DNA of 64,000 nucleotides from Eledone cirrhosa (Eukaryota): positions 58,156,001-58,220,000 of the forward strand of contig OZ024748.1 of NCBI GenBank assembly GCA_964016885.1. The letters are read 5' to 3'. Both the position numbers and the translations under genes were made by a program. The notes beneath the pieces were generated by a model. That model saw only the letters and a list, made by a program, of their open reading frames with translations. It was not told where the DNA came from and ran no database searches. Position 1 is the stretch's first letter. Each line of letters begins with the position of its first letter. Shown in pieces: positions 15,009 through 29,384 of the stretch.

Positions 15009-15184
15009 ATGGCGAATTGGAGAGTCGTTAGTACGTCGGATAGAATGGTTTAAGGTATTTGTACCTGCTTGCGCTCTCAGAGTTCAAATTGCCTTTCATC
15101 CTTACGGGGTCGATAAAATAAAGTACCAGTAATACACTGGATAATATTTGTTTGCATTTTGCCGCCAAAAGTAGAAACAATTAT
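15009..15184 (+). mobile_element. SINE S1-related
   Basis: gagttcaaattgcctttcatccttacggggtcgataaaataaagtaccag...gtagaaacaattatt. Confidence 0.8.
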
Positions 15185-16104
15185 TAATGTATGGCTCTAT
15201 ACTATCTAATAGGACTTTCTTATATTTATGTAATATGAGAAGATAATCTATATTATTAATGTTGCCACTATTTCTAGTGCTTTAGTTGACCATATAGGTC
15301 ACGCATATATGTTAATATGCAGTTGATGATGATGGACCTGCAGTTGCCGTAATAGTTTGTTGTTTAGAAGCAGGATAATTATTATCCGTCTCATTCAAGG
15401 TCCACAGGACAGCATCCATTGCATTTATTTTAATTTACAGGCATGTAGTATCTACAACGATAGTTAAATCTATTATAACATTGTTTGGTCTGGGTCTAGG
15501 ATGATTTGGTTAAGATTTCTAGGACGTTGGAAAACCACGTAGTGTTTTACTCGTAAGTCCAGCAACAATTTTTATCAGAATTGTCATTACTTTCCTTGTT
15601 ATTGTTGTTCATGTTGTTGTTTTTTCTAGATATGACAATGCTCTGCTATTGTTGAAACCTAAGTAAACCCCTCTGAAATGTGTTCTGACCATGGACATAA
15701 TGTTTATTAAAGCCCTAAATGATTGAAAATAAAGTATTGCTATTTGTTGCTCAGCTTCCCTCAAAGACATACAAACATACATACTGTTGTGTGTCCTTAT
15801 TGTCGTTGCAGTTGATGGTAGTATTGTGGTTATATGTGTTATTCATAGTTGCTTTCGTTGTTCTAGTAGTGTTGTTTATTGTTACTGTTCCTCCTGACGT
15901 TGCTAATATTCTTGTTACTGTTGTTGTTATGTTGATTGTTTCCAGTAACGTTTGGTTTGTTGCGGTTGGTGGCTTTAAGTTGTCACTGCTGATGATTTCC
16001 AGAAATGATAAATTGGATGTTGAATAAGAAGAGGGGGAGGGTTGGGGAGGAGAAAACCAAAGAATAAAGAATATAAAGAAGATAATTGAGAGGATTCGGG
16101 GGAA

Positions 16105-16260
16105 GAGAGGTTTGGGAAGAAAACAAGAAATAGAGAAGAGAGGGTTGGGAAGAAAACAAGAAATAGAGAAGAGAGGTTTGGGAAGAAATCAAGAAATAGA
16201 GAAGAGAGGGTTGGGAAGAAATCAAGAAATAGAGAAGAGAGGGTTGGGAAGAAAGGAAGA
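16105..16260. repeat. 33 bp purine-rich minisatellite, about 5 copies
   Basis: Unit gagagg(g/t)ttgggaagaaa(a/t)caagaaatagagaa. Confidence 0.9.
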
Positions 16261-16421
16261 CACAGGGAGGAGAGGGTTAAGAAGAAAACAGGACACAGGG
16301 AAGAGAAATACAGAGAGAAGTGGAAGAGATATAGAAGAAGCGAAGGAGAAAGGGGAACAACAAAACAAGATTGTGGTTTAATTATAGTAATACCATTGTT
16401 GATTGACTGTCATCGATATAT

Positions 16422-17012
16422 ATAATTGTTTCTACTTTTGGCACAAGGCCAGCAATTATACCAGTGCATAACTGGTACTTTATTCTATCGACCCCGGAAG
16501 GATGAAAGGCAAAGTTAACCTCGGCAGAATTAGAACTCAAATCATAAAGGGCCGTAACTATGTGCTGCAAAGCATGGTGTCCGGCTCTCTACCGATACTG
16601 CCAATCTACCGCCCTTAATAATTGTTTCTACTTCGGGCACAAGGCCAGCAATTATCCCAGCGCATTACTGGTACTTTATTCTATCGGCCACGTAATGATG
16701 GAAGCCAAACCTCGACGTTATTTGAACTCAGATCATAAAGGGCCGTAACTCTATGCTGCAAAGCATGGCGTCCGAACCTCTACCGATATTCCTAATCCAA
16801 CACCCTTATCGTTATAGATAATACTTGTTTCTACTTTTGGCACAAGGCCAGCAATTATTTCAGTGTATTACTGGTACTTTATTTTATCAACCCCGTAAGG
16901 ATGAAAGGCAAAGTTAACCTCGGCGGGATTTGAACTCAGTCCGTAAAGGGACATAAATATGCTGCAAAGCATGGCGTCTGACTCTCTACCGATACTGCCT
17001 ATCCACCGCTTA
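16422..17012 (-). mobile_element. Three tandem full-length SINE S1 copies (16422-16616, 16617-16807, 16823-17012)
   Basis: Each copy shows the tail, central domain, B box and the reverse complement of the A-box head (ctaccgatactgcc-like). Confidence 0.9.
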
Positions 17013-17544
17013 TAGATAATAATGATGGCTGTACAAACGAGAATTACTGGGTTTTTTATTGTACATGTATTCATTCCTTAACAGTTGAAGCGTAGCGTAT
17101 ATCTATCTATACGCTGCTATCAGAATGGAGTTGGACATCACCAAGAATAAATCCCACGTGTCGTAATGCGTCTTTCAGTGCATTACCTTTTGCTATACCT
17201 TAGGGTAAAAATATTCAAATTCCGCCTACTAGATCCATGAAATAACATGTACGTGAATTTCTGAACGTGAGCAAAGCTGAACAATTGAATGGAAGAACGT
17301 GACGTTTCATTAGCTCATCCATATTGTTACGGTTAACCAATACACGTATACATGCACTTATATACATATTTATTGATTCTTCTCCAATATATTCACATTC
17401 GCCAGCTGAATTATTTGTTACCAAATAAGGTGTCCAAAGGACTTACAGCTGAATTTTCCGACAAACTGTTCAGTACTTCCTGGGCTAACCTGCGCCCGGA
17501 TATCAACAACTTAAATAATAACATTACCGGTAATGATAATAATA

Positions 17545-17725
17545 ATAATTGTTTCTACTTTAGGCACAATGCCAACAATTTAAAAGGGGGGAGTCGATTT
17601 TATCGATCTCAGTGTATTACTGATACTTTATTTTATCGAACACGTAAGGATGAAAAGTAAAGCTAATCTCGATCCTGAACACAGATCGTAAAGAGCCATA
17701 GTTCTATGCTAAAAATCATGGTGCA
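17545..17725 (-). mobile_element. SINE S1 (long variant)
   Basis: ttgtttctactttaggcacaa...ggggggagtcgattttatcgatc...tactttattttatcga...gtaaggatgaaa. Confidence 0.75.
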
Positions 17726-18540
17726 GTGATTATTTTGGGCCTCCATCACATACGATGATGTTTGATGTTTGAGCAAGGCAACAGCCGGCTTAAGAAAGTG
17801 ATAGACACGTAAATACTTTTAACACAGCGTGATACAATTAATTTTTCTTTTTGCCAGCTGAGTGGTGCAAGCAATATCTGACGATCGTCATTCAAACAGC
17901 TTAACAATTTACACAGACACATTCACAACAAGACTACAACAACCAACAATAGACACATGAAAAACAAAAGCTAAAACGAAAAACTACGCTAACAGCACCA
18001 TAGCTGTCCACTTGCAGTCAAATGCAACAGTTGATATAGTTGTTGTTTTTGTTGCATTCTATATGTTGTCATTGATTTTGTATCTGCCGCTGTCACATGC
18101 TTTTGCTGTTGCTAATCTTGCATGTAACTATAGCTTCTGTTACTATTGCAGCTATTAATGTTGCATTTCTAGATACTGATACCGTTGTTGATGTTTATAT
18201 CATATTGTTGTGCATGGTGCCGGTGTTGTTGTAGTTACTGTTGATTTAGTTGCAGTTGTTTTAGCCACAAGTCATATCTATATACATGTCAGTGTGTGTG
18301 AGAATATTTGTTCCGAAGTTATTGGAAGTGTCCGACGAATCTACAGTTCCAGAATCAGACAGACCCATACAATGATCGTGTCTCGAGCTGTCTGCCGGTG
18401 AAACAATTGTAACACAACAAATTGAGTCCAGATGCATCACTGATTTTTCGTTTTATATTATATCACACTCTGCTCTGTAAGAACATAGAGTGCTTAACTG
18501 GCATACCGTCTATGGAAGCATCATAGATACCATTAAACAT

Positions 18541-18587
<47 letters not shown>

Positions 18588-18589
18588 TG

Positions 18590-18640
18590 AGATTTTACAG
18601 GACTAGAACTGTTTCATTCTTTAGAAATCATCAGGAATCT
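18590..18640 (-). ncRNA. Type I hammerhead ribozyme motif abutting (TA)n
   Basis: Minus strand: agattc-CTGATGA-tttctaaagaat-GAAA-cag ttctagtc ctg-TA-aaatct. Stem I has one mismatch. Confidence 0.65.
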
Positions 18641-18719
18641 ATATTAAAACTTTTATACTCTGCAATGTATTGAGTACCTTACTTACTGTGGTTACCTCCG
18701 ATTCAACCCGGAAGAACGT

Positions 18720-18752
<33 letters not shown>

Positions 18753-18877
18753 GGCAACTCTATAATTTCACAATGCAAAGGTTAGGCGTTGAGATGTTTG
18801 AAGCTCAAATGTGGTTCATTCTATTCTAGTTTATGGAAACGTATTTTAGGGGTAACTCCAGTTTGCATACTATGTTA

Positions 18878-18920
<43 letters not shown>

Positions 18921-18922
<2 letters not shown>

Positions 18923-19230
18923 TGTTTTGCAAGGTTTTTGATACGAAATCATGTGTTGAAATAAATATTGTTATAATATTGCCACAAATAATAATAGAAC
19001 ACACTCACTGTTTTGGTTTTTGCTTCTGCATATTTCATATCTCCCTAGTCAATTTATCTGGCAATCAATGTTTATCATTGGTTGACCAGCGGTTAAAAAT
19101 ACAGATGTAAATATATCTCTATATATATAGTCTATCAAAGTTCTTTCCTCACTCATCTGTGACATCATCAGTGGTACTATTATGTTTCCTCTCGTTGTAT
19201 TGTAATGTCTACGGCCATTTTCATTTTATA
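18921..19230 (-). mobile_element. Diverged copy of HHR-bearing family F1, flanked by (TA)n on both sides
   Basis: ataatattgccacaaataataatagaacacactcactgttttgg...catctgtgacatcatcagtggt...tgtctacggccattt aligns with the 39101-39912 and 50899-51222 copies. Confidence 0.8.
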
Positions 19231-19410
19231 TATATATATATATATATATACACCCACCTACAGATACAATTAATATAATTGAATACTAATATATGTTAAA
19301 ACCAACGAAGACATACAGTATATGTAGATACGTAAGCAAACAGAGAAAAAAATGACATATGTTTCATATGATTCCATATATATATATACGTATGTCTATA
19401 TGTATGTATC

Positions 19411-19484
<74 letters not shown>

Positions 19485-19825
19485 GTGGGTGTGTGATATT
19501 AGAACTGATGCTATATTATAATCTAAAGCAATAAATAACTAGAGGCAAGCTCGTTACAATTATTTTTCGTGTGATTACGCCAATTTGTAAGTAAGACGAA
19601 ATATCTGATGTGTTTAGCTGCAGGATATAGATCGTATACCACCATACACACACGCACACACTCACTCACTCACTCTAGCTTAGACAAACACACACCCAGA
19701 CACACACATATATACATATGTATAAATATATATATATATATATGTATATATATGTATATATATGTATATATATGTATATATATGTATATATATGTATATA
19801 TATGTATATATATATATATACACAT

Positions 19826-19898
19826 GTTGTGGTAAAGAACCTAATGGACCATAAACAGTCCAGAAATACCCGTTGAAACGGCTTGAACTCTGCGCTCG

Positions 19899-19941
<43 letters not shown>

Positions 19942-20037
19942 AGAAAGTGAGGTTGTTTTACAAAATGAAAAGTAACCGAGGTGTCCTACACAAGTGAAAG
20001 TATAAAGAAAAAAAGATGAAATCGATTTTCATCTGTT

Positions 20038-20130
<93 letters not shown>

Positions 20131-20316
20131 AAGTTTAACGCCGACAGCAGAGCTCAAGCCGTTTCGATGGCTATTTCTGGACTGAAATAGTCGTTTGAAA
20201 CGGCTTGAGCACTGCCGTCGGGGTTTAACTTTTTACTATTACCCATTCTATTACCCTAAGTATTGAGTACTCTGGTGCGTTATGTTCTATCTGGTTCCTT
20301 ACCACACCTCCTTCGT
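19826..20316. repeat. Family F2 modules (19826-19900 and 20127-20316) between (TA)n arrays; related copy at 46901-47070
   Basis: Shared gaaacggc...gc..(c)gtcgggg...ctattaccca.tcta.taccctaa.tat.gag. 20129-20233 forms a hairpin with ~48 bp arms. Confidence 0.8.
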
Positions 20317-20835
20317 TATATATATATATATGTCTGTGTGTGTGTGTGTGTATAGATAGATAACTGTAGATCGATACTTAGATTGATGACACAGGTAAAC
20401 GTCGGGCAATATCTTTACACGCAAAAATATGTGATTGAAGTTTGCTAATTGTGTGCAATTAATCAATGATTCAAACCATTCTCCACCTTCTTACACAGCT
20501 AATTTAAATTGCCATTGGAATATGGCTTTTTTCTAACTAAGAAGTAAATTTAAATTCAATGATGTTATATTTGTTTGAGCACACCATCTATTATGCCACA
20601 ACAAACTTTAATTCTTAATTTCTTCGTTGATATATTACATGTAATGGTACCTTTCTCGCTCTCCCTGTTTTGGTTAGTATTATTGCTAATCGTATTGTTT
20701 GATCATTTTAACTATGCTGGTCGACTCTTTATTGTGACCATATTTTTGATATAACGAAGAATGCTTATGCATAAAATATCTGCTGTAAGTCTTTTATGAA
20801 CGGTAATATGTATTGCTATTTTAATAATGCGTAAT

Positions 20836-21100
20836 ACAGACAGCAGACATACATACATATATTATAAGGGCGCAACGTTATATCTATGTATCTATCTAAA
20901 AAGAAGATTAAGAATGATAGAGAGAGATTGATAAATTGCCTAATGCGGTCCTTAGGGCATTGAACATGTTAAATATATTTTTTCTCAAAACAGTCACAGG
21001 ACCGTAAGGAATACATGTGTAAAGTTTGAAAACAATCGGTTGGGTGGTTCTCGAGTTTTAGGGAGTCAGACAGTCAGACATTCTCTGTTTTAGATATATA
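20836..21100 (-). mobile_element. Helitron-like 5' fragment in tandem behind the 21101-21728 copy
   Basis: Minus strand starts tatatatctaaaacagagaatgtctg...ccctaaaactcgagaa.cacccaaccga and aligns with 22030-22330. Confidence 0.7.
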
Positions 21101-21728
21101 CTAGCAGTAGTATCCGGCGTTGCACGGGATAAGGTAACTTGGAACGCGGGCCGCCTACAGACTTAATCGTGGAAAAACTACATGCGTAGCCAATATGTAA
21201 AGAAAATAAACCGAATACTCTGATGGCTGGATAATCTTTAAGATATTCCTCGATGAAGCAAGAAAAATGCAGGTTTTCACCTAATGCGGGCACTAGGGAT
21301 ACAAGAAAATGAATTTTTTTTTTATGTGCATAATATGCCTTGAAATTTCTGGAAAATCGACTAGACGTAACGCCTCAAAAATAAATAAAAAGCTGAAAAA
21401 GTGAAGTGTTTCACCTTATGCGGGCCCTAGGCCATAAAAAGGTTGGATTTTCTTTGCTCACGATATGAAGAAGAGACTGACTAATACATAGTTACAATTT
21501 CAACGAATTCAGTCTCATGTAACGTCTAAGAAAAAACCCTAAAAAGCTGAAAAAAAACGCAGTTTTTCATCTAATGGATCAAAAAGTTGAATTTCACGTA
21601 GGGGATCAAAAAGGTGAATTGTTTTATGTTCATAAAACTCCCTGAAACAAGTAATACACATGAGAATTTTGAAAAAATCAGCTGGCTACTTCTCGAGTGT
21701 TAGGGATCCTCAGTTTTATATATATAGA
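21101..21728 (-). mobile_element. Non-autonomous Helitron
   Basis: Minus strand A|TCTATATATATAAAACTGAGG ... hairpin cccgtgcaacgccgga ... CTAG|T. These are canonical Helitron ends at an AT target. Confidence 0.85.
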
Positions 21729-22021
21729 TCCTAGATAGCATTAAAGCTACACTGATATAATAGAGATGCAATTATATAAAGTGAGATGTAAGCAATCAGA
21801 TTTATACTATGGTCATGATGCTGAACTTTGGGAAGAATCTGTCAGACTATTATTAAAATTAATATCACTGCCAGAATTACTATAATAAATGTAATTGCAT
21901 AACACTTGGTATACAAAGACGGAAACAGCTTGCTCGAAATTAGTTTCGAATATTACACACTACATTTCAATATCTCAATTTTAAAGCACACTGTTTGCCG
22001 CAAAGAGAAACTTGCAGAATA

Positions 22022-22963
22022 TCTATCTCTATATATAAAATTGAGGATGTCTGTCTGTGTGTGTGAGTTTGAATCCCTAAAACTCGAGAAGCACCCAACC
22101 GACGGTTTTCAAACTTTACACATGTAATACTTATCTTTCAAGGAGTGTTGGGAGCAAAGAAAATTTCAAATGTTCAATGCCTTAGGGACCACAATAGGTG
22201 ATCTCTCTCTATAATTTAGCGATTTAGCGATCTCTCTCTTTAATTGTTAGTCTTTCTCTTTTTAGATAGATACATACATATAATGTCGCGCCCTTATAAT
22301 ATATGTCTGTATGTCTGGCTGTCTGCATTACGTCACTTCCCTGAGGATGTGTGTGGGTGTATGTGTGTGTGTATGGGTCTGTCAGATTGAATCCCGAACC
22401 GACTTTTTTCAAACTTTACATGTGTATTACTTAGGTTTCAGGGAGTGTTATGCTCATAAAACAAATTCAGCTTTTTGATCCCCTAGGGCCCGCATTAGGT
22501 GAAAAACTGCGTTTTTTTCAGGTTTTTAGGGCTTTTTTGAGGCGTTACATCAGACCGATTTCCTTGAAATTGTAACTATATATTAGTCAGTCTCTTCTTC
22601 ATACCGTGAGCAAAGAAAATCCAACTTGTTATGGCCTAGGGACCGCATTAGGTGAAAAACTTGAGTTTGTTCAGCTTTTTATGGCTATTTTGAGGCGTTA
22701 CATCTAGCTTATTTTCCAGAAATTTCAAGGCATATTATGCACACAAAAAAATTCATTTTCTTGTACCCCTAGGGCCCGCATTAGATGAAAACCTGCATTT
22801 TTCCTGCTTCATTGAGGAAAATCTTAAAGATTATCCTGCTATCAGAGTATTCGGTTTATTTTCTTTACATATTGTCCAGGCATGCAGTTTTTCCACGAAT
22901 ACGTCTGTTGGTGGCCGCGTTCCAAAATACCTTACCCCATGCAATACCGGGTACCACTGCTAG
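22022..22963 (+). mobile_element. Non-autonomous Helitron (same family)
   Basis: A|TCTATCTCTATATATAAAATTGAGG ... cccatgcaataccggg (22936-22951) ... CTAG(22960-22963)|T, with internal subrepeat ctagggcccgcattagg. Confidence 0.85.
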
Positions 22964-23259
22964 TAGATAATATATTAGCTGCAACTCATATTAAATATTT
23001 CTTCGTTTCACAGAGGCTAATTAAGTATCGTCGCAGGAGAGGCTAAATAATGTTCGCCCCTCCCAATCAAAGGAACCCAGCGACATGGTTCTCACCATAG
23101 AAGCCGACTAGAATTGACCCGGTCAAAACCCGACAATCGCTGCTCTGATAAATCAGATTTACATTCTGTTCGGTCTTGTCTATCTCCGTACATTCCAACA
23201 GTCTCGGCTGTCGTTATTGCCGTTCCTGTAGATTTTATACTAAATCGGCAATGTTAATG

Positions 23260-23585
23260 TTGTTGGACCTAAATCGTTCCCAACTACGAGAGTTCCAGTT
23301 GATTCAGTCAACGGAGCTGTCTACTCGGAAAATGAACATGTAACTGACCTTATATTATACAGACACCTGCAGCATTAACATAGTTTTCAAGATGATTTAG
23401 CGTGAAGAAATACGTAACAAGGTTAGCCGCATGAATTAAAAGTACAGGTTATTTTTGTTAGGTGAGTGGACAAGAGCAGCATTAGATAAATATCATTCTC
23501 AATCATAGAACGTCTCAACCGACACGGGTATCAAACTGATGAACTCACAATCAGGAATCCTACAGGCTAACTAGTAAGCCGTCCT
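23260..23585 (-). mobile_element. Old SINE of a second family (CORE-SINE-like); related copy at about 53565-53835
   Basis: Both copies share ..cag.cac/.cctgc....tt.cat.gtttca.ga.att.agc.tga....g......caag..t.gcc..tgaa.ta.ag.t.cag...at.tttg..ag.tga.tgg. CORE-SINE assignment is from recalled similarity to octopus SINEs. Confidence 0.5.
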
Positions 23586-24865
23586 AAATCGACAATAAAC
23601 TATCCTTGATAACATTACTATGTCAGAGATATCTAGAAGTTTCTAATTTCTGAGAAATTACAATATAGATACAAGAATTGACATCGGTGTTGTGCCGACC
23701 AGTTATTCTCAATATAAGGATATCAGGCCTCGTCCTATTCATTTATCGGCACTCGGTCTTCAATTGCCCAGGGTGGATTTTAATTTAGGATTATTTTTTT
23801 TTTTTTATCAAAGATAAAAACAGAAATTTCATTCAAATCAAACTCACAAAATTGGTTAAAAAACCATCGACAATTACAGAGATATGAAAAAGAAAGATAA
23901 AACCAAAACTAAGTAATGGGAAACACAGGACAAGGGGGAAGGAAGGGTAGATCTGTCTGTATGGAGAAATAGAGGAAAGGACTATAAATGCTATGAGAGA
24001 AAAACGATGGAAATATCAAGAACTCTTGGTCACAGGAGAGAGAGAGACGGAAAAGCTCTAGGCCTAAAGTGGAGCCGGGTTTGAGTTGCACCCAGCATAC
24101 ACAACTGCAAATGCCATTGTTATTAGTAAAAATAATTATCATTTCAGCGATAATGGCGTCTTGGGATTATTGTTCACATTTTGTGTAATTATAATCTTTG
24201 TAATGACTGTAAAGGAAATATCGTGCTGGTTGTTGTTATTATTGTTGCAGCCGGGTGTATAACAAATAAGATGTTTTGCTTTTTAATCGGAAGAATATAG
24301 TCGATTATAATTCTATATAAACCCTAACTTGAGTAATATTTTATTGTATAGACTCTATACTACAGACATAAAAGCAAAATTGATAGCAGCAGGAATTTAA
24401 CCATTGTTTCCATTACTGGAAATTTCTGTTTATAAGACTCCTATTTTTTACTTAAAAGATCGTAAGAAATTTGAAATACATAAAGTGCGTCTTAAACACT
24501 GGTGCTTCTTATTTATAACCTGCAAGTACAGTATTTCACATTTCATCCAAATCATAAATGTCTTTGGAATCTCGGATTGTTGTTTCCACAACCAGAAATA
24601 ATTAGAGAGAAGCATGATTGACATAGATGGAATGATGTACGACATTTTGTGATTTAATTTAAATCTTCACGGAATTTCAATTTCCACGAAGTTCCATATT
24701 TCTAGGGTTGTTGGTCACGGTTTCTTCTAGTGCAACTCGTAATTTGTGCAGACAGAAGTTGTTTGTATCCGTATTCAATTTTCTGACACCTTGCATGTTT
24801 AGGAGATGACCACTTCAATCTATTCAGAGTATTTTAATGTTATTTAGACTGCCCTTTATATAATA

Positions 24866-24982
24866 TAGTTTTCTACTTTTGGCACAAGGCAAACGATTAC
24901 CCCAGTCCACCACTGGTACTTTATTTTATCGACCTCGTAAGGATGAAAGGCAAGGTTAATCTCGGCGGATTTGAACTCAGAA
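24866..24982 (-). mobile_element. SINE S1, 3' half
   Basis: tttctacttttggcacaaggc...ctggtactttattttatcgacctcgtaaggatgaaaggcaagg...atttgaactcaga. Confidence 0.85.
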
Positions 24983-26901
24983 CTTTATATAATATGGAAG
25001 GAAGAAAATACACTTGTTATTTTGTGATAACGTTTGATATAGTGGAGACATGTCTCTGCTTCCTAAGAATATAAACGGATTAATCAATCAATGGAAATTC
25101 AGTTTTCTATCGTTTTCCTGATTTTGCTACACACCTACCTACTATAAGTAAATTTCTAAAACCAAAAATACAACAAATCGTGTAGAATAATATGGGCTTT
25201 TATCGAAACAAAAATCGTGCTAAGACGGCTGGATTTTGTCTGAAACTTTTGAGTAGCGTTATTAATATATTGAAAACAATGTTTTACATCGAGGTATTAG
25301 ACTTATTTTTATATAACAACACACCTGTCTGCTCATGTGAATGTATTACCATTAATGTGTTTGGGGGGGGGGGGGGGGGGGGCTTCGTTGTATTTATCGT
25401 TAAAGTCTGTCTTCGTTGTTTTTTATCGTTAAAGTCTGATCGAGTAAATATATTAGAAAGTGGTTGGTTTTGAAGCTGATGGTGTTATGGTTTATGATGA
25501 CAATGTTTTGTATGATTGTGATGCTGAATATAAATATGCTTATTGTTGTAGCTTTCAAGGTTTTGTTTACAAGGACAGTGAGTTAGGTGTTAATAATGTT
25601 GCTGTTGTTATTACTAATATTTATAATACGGCTTTATTTTTGTTATATATAGGTTGCTAATGATAACTTTGTTATTCATAATGAAGGTACTTTTAGTAAA
25701 CGTAATGTTGGAGTTAGTATATTTTACAAGAAGCATTTAATGTTGTAAATATCCTAAATAATTGAAGAAATTCGTGATATTCTTCCTTTGATTCTGAATC
25801 AGCAGTCTGTGGTAAACTTGATATTCCTTACTTTTAAGGTCGATAAATTAATTTTCGTTGTAGCACTGATCTCCGAATGTGAGCTGTTGCGCATAGTAAT
25901 ATTTAATATGTATACTTATATATATAATGATATTATTTCATTTCAATGTTTCTTTGTATATCCAGGGTGTTGATTGTACTTCCTGATGGAACAGTGTAAC
26001 ATGTTCCAGCAATACTAAGATTGTTACGCAGTAGTTGCCAGCACATTCCTTTTCTTTCTGTGAACTTTCTTGCCTTCATTTCTCTTGAACTCATATTTGT
26101 GGGGTAGATATTATTCATATATATTAAATATAAGCCCTAGAAATGTATGGAATTAATGACTATTATATAACGTATCACATGCATGTCCAAAACTAAAATT
26201 ATTGAAAAAACCTTATATATATTCCAAGTAACGTATCAGCACTCTACATATCAGAGAAAAACACCTTCTTACCGATTCATATACTTTTAGTACATCAGAC
26301 TTTGCTTACATCCATAATCCTGATATCTAAAACTATTTCAAATAAGACGGCTTTTAACGAGTTGAATATATTTAATACATCAGAGTGACGTAACAAAAGT
26401 GTTTAAAAAATGTTGTTTTTATGTGTATTTACCAGAGTTTCTTATTACTTTATTAATAGTTGGCTTAAAGTATATTTACATTGTTAGAAAGGAAATTGAA
26501 ACTATGAATCTGATAGATACATTGAACTGTCAAAGAAGTATTGAATTTTTTTTTTTCTTTAACTGAAGTGCTAAAATATTTGCCGGAATCTGTAAGCAAA
26601 GTATGAAGATTAATTTTACAACCCACCTATTAACTACAACTAGAAATATGAAAGAAATACTGACGAGGCTTTAGGGGTTATTATATGTTGATGTTAACGT
26701 TTCTAAAACATGAAAATGACGCAAACGTTCATGTGCTGTAAACAAAATCTAGATTGAAAATTGAAGAAGTTATTCAGACTGATGTGAATCCCTATACTTT
26801 AGTAACTTGTTCACGTACCCATAACTCCTTTATCAGATGAACAACGTCATCCTTTTGATCCAGCGTAACAAAATCAGTTTTATACCATGTTCGTTAATGG
26901 G

Positions 26902-26936
26902 ATATTTATATATATATATATTTATATTTATATATT

Positions 26937-26999
<63 letters not shown>

Positions 27000-27046
27000 T
27001 TATATATATATATATTTATATATATATATATATATATTTATATATT

Positions 27047-27077
<31 letters not shown>

Positions 27078-27080
27078 ATT

Positions 27081-27113
<33 letters not shown>

Positions 27114-27116
27114 ATT

Positions 27117-27147
<31 letters not shown>

Positions 27148-27150
27148 ATT

Positions 27151-27181
<31 letters not shown>

Positions 27182-27184
27182 ATT

Positions 27185-27215
<31 letters not shown>

Positions 27216-27248
27216 ATAAATATATATATATATAAATATATATATATT

Positions 27249-27279
<31 letters not shown>

Positions 27280-27282
27280 ATT

Positions 27283-27333
<51 letters not shown>

Positions 27334-27350
27334 ATTTATATATATATATT

Positions 27351-27423
<73 letters not shown>

Positions 27424-27450
27424 ATATATTTATAGATATATATATATATT

Positions 27451-27511
<61 letters not shown>

Positions 27512-27536
27512 TTATATATTTATTTATATATATATT

Positions 27537-27597
<61 letters not shown>

Positions 27598-28130
27598 TTA
27601 TATATTTATTTATATATATATTTATATATATATTTATATATATATTTATATCTGAGTAACCCGAATATTCCTGGTCGTTATTTTTCGGCTGCACGGGTGA
27701 TTTTAGGCATGATCTTTGTGTCTTGGTATCTTAACGATAGTTATCGCTCTGATTTATCTGAATTATTGAGCCCTCTGCCACTCATGTCGGATTTTGTTTA
27801 TCGTAAATTCGTGAGCTGATTTTCCGATGCTCGATTATTCTATTATATATATTTATATATATATATATATATATATTTATTTATATTTATATATATATAT
27901 ATATATTTATTTATATTTATATATTTATTTATATATATATATTTATATATTTATTTATATATATATATTTATATATATATTTATTTATATATATATATTT
28001 ATATATATATATATTTATATATATTTATTTATATATATATAATTATATATAATTATTTATATATATATTTATATATATTTATATATATTTATATAAATAT
28101 ATATATATTTATACATATTTATATATAAAT
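26902..28130. repeat. (TA)n/TTTA microsatellite arrays with a ~190 bp unique island (27652-27842)
   Basis: Direct inspection. Confidence 0.95.
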
Positions 28131-28448
28131 AAACTGCTATCATGTGTAGATACAACACGTGGTAGCGGCTAGATGAGGATATAAACTTGTTCTGTAAGGA
28201 CAGATAGCAACACATTATTACGCTTCCTTGTTGACAATCCAATAATATCCACTTTCCGTGACTTACCATCTGATTAATTGGTGAAATAGATTTCTTTAAT
28301 GGGATATATACAAGGAAGGTTAATCATACTTAAAGGTTCAAATTTAATTGTCACCCAAACTAACTATGCGTGGTTACACGCGGGGAAAGATTATCTCCTT
28401 TGATTATTCATGTATATTTATATGTTAATCAATTTCTAGTTATTATAA

Positions 28449-28830
<382 letters not shown>

Positions 28831-29313
28831 ATACGTCATTAATAGGAGCGGTGAAAAACAATTACGCGCAAAGACAGAACCACGTATATATATATGTATG
28901 TATGTAATTATGTATACATGCCTGCATGCATGCATGTGTAGAATATGGATGTTATTGTACGTGTGGGTGTGTATGTTTTGAGTAGTATGTGTGCATGTGT
29001 ATATGCTTTATATCTGTACATATGTATAAGCAGTTATTAGATGCAAAATGTTTGGAATGTTTTACATATTTTTACTGTTCCATTGAATTTCCTATGTATG
29101 TAGGTATGTATGTATATATATATATATATATAATTCAGTATTGCTACGACAGACTAAATAATATATATTATTATATATGTAAATGTTTCTTTTAAAATGA
29201 AAAAAAAAGTATTTGTATGGCAGTCCTGTCGTTGCCATATACAGGTTACAGATGGTTTCAGTTATGGAATTCGAAATTGAAGTATTAATAGGTTTAGGAC
29301 ATCCAACAGGAAT

Positions 29314-29384
<71 letters not shown>

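Noticed and set aside
16112-16381. ORF with GLGRKQEIEKR repeats
   Set aside because: Product of a 33 bp purine-rich minisatellite.
25955-26118. Possible exon (plus-strand acceptor then VLIVLPDGTV-stop) or 61 aa minus-strand ORF
   Set aside because: Too short, no recognisable homology and no partner exons.
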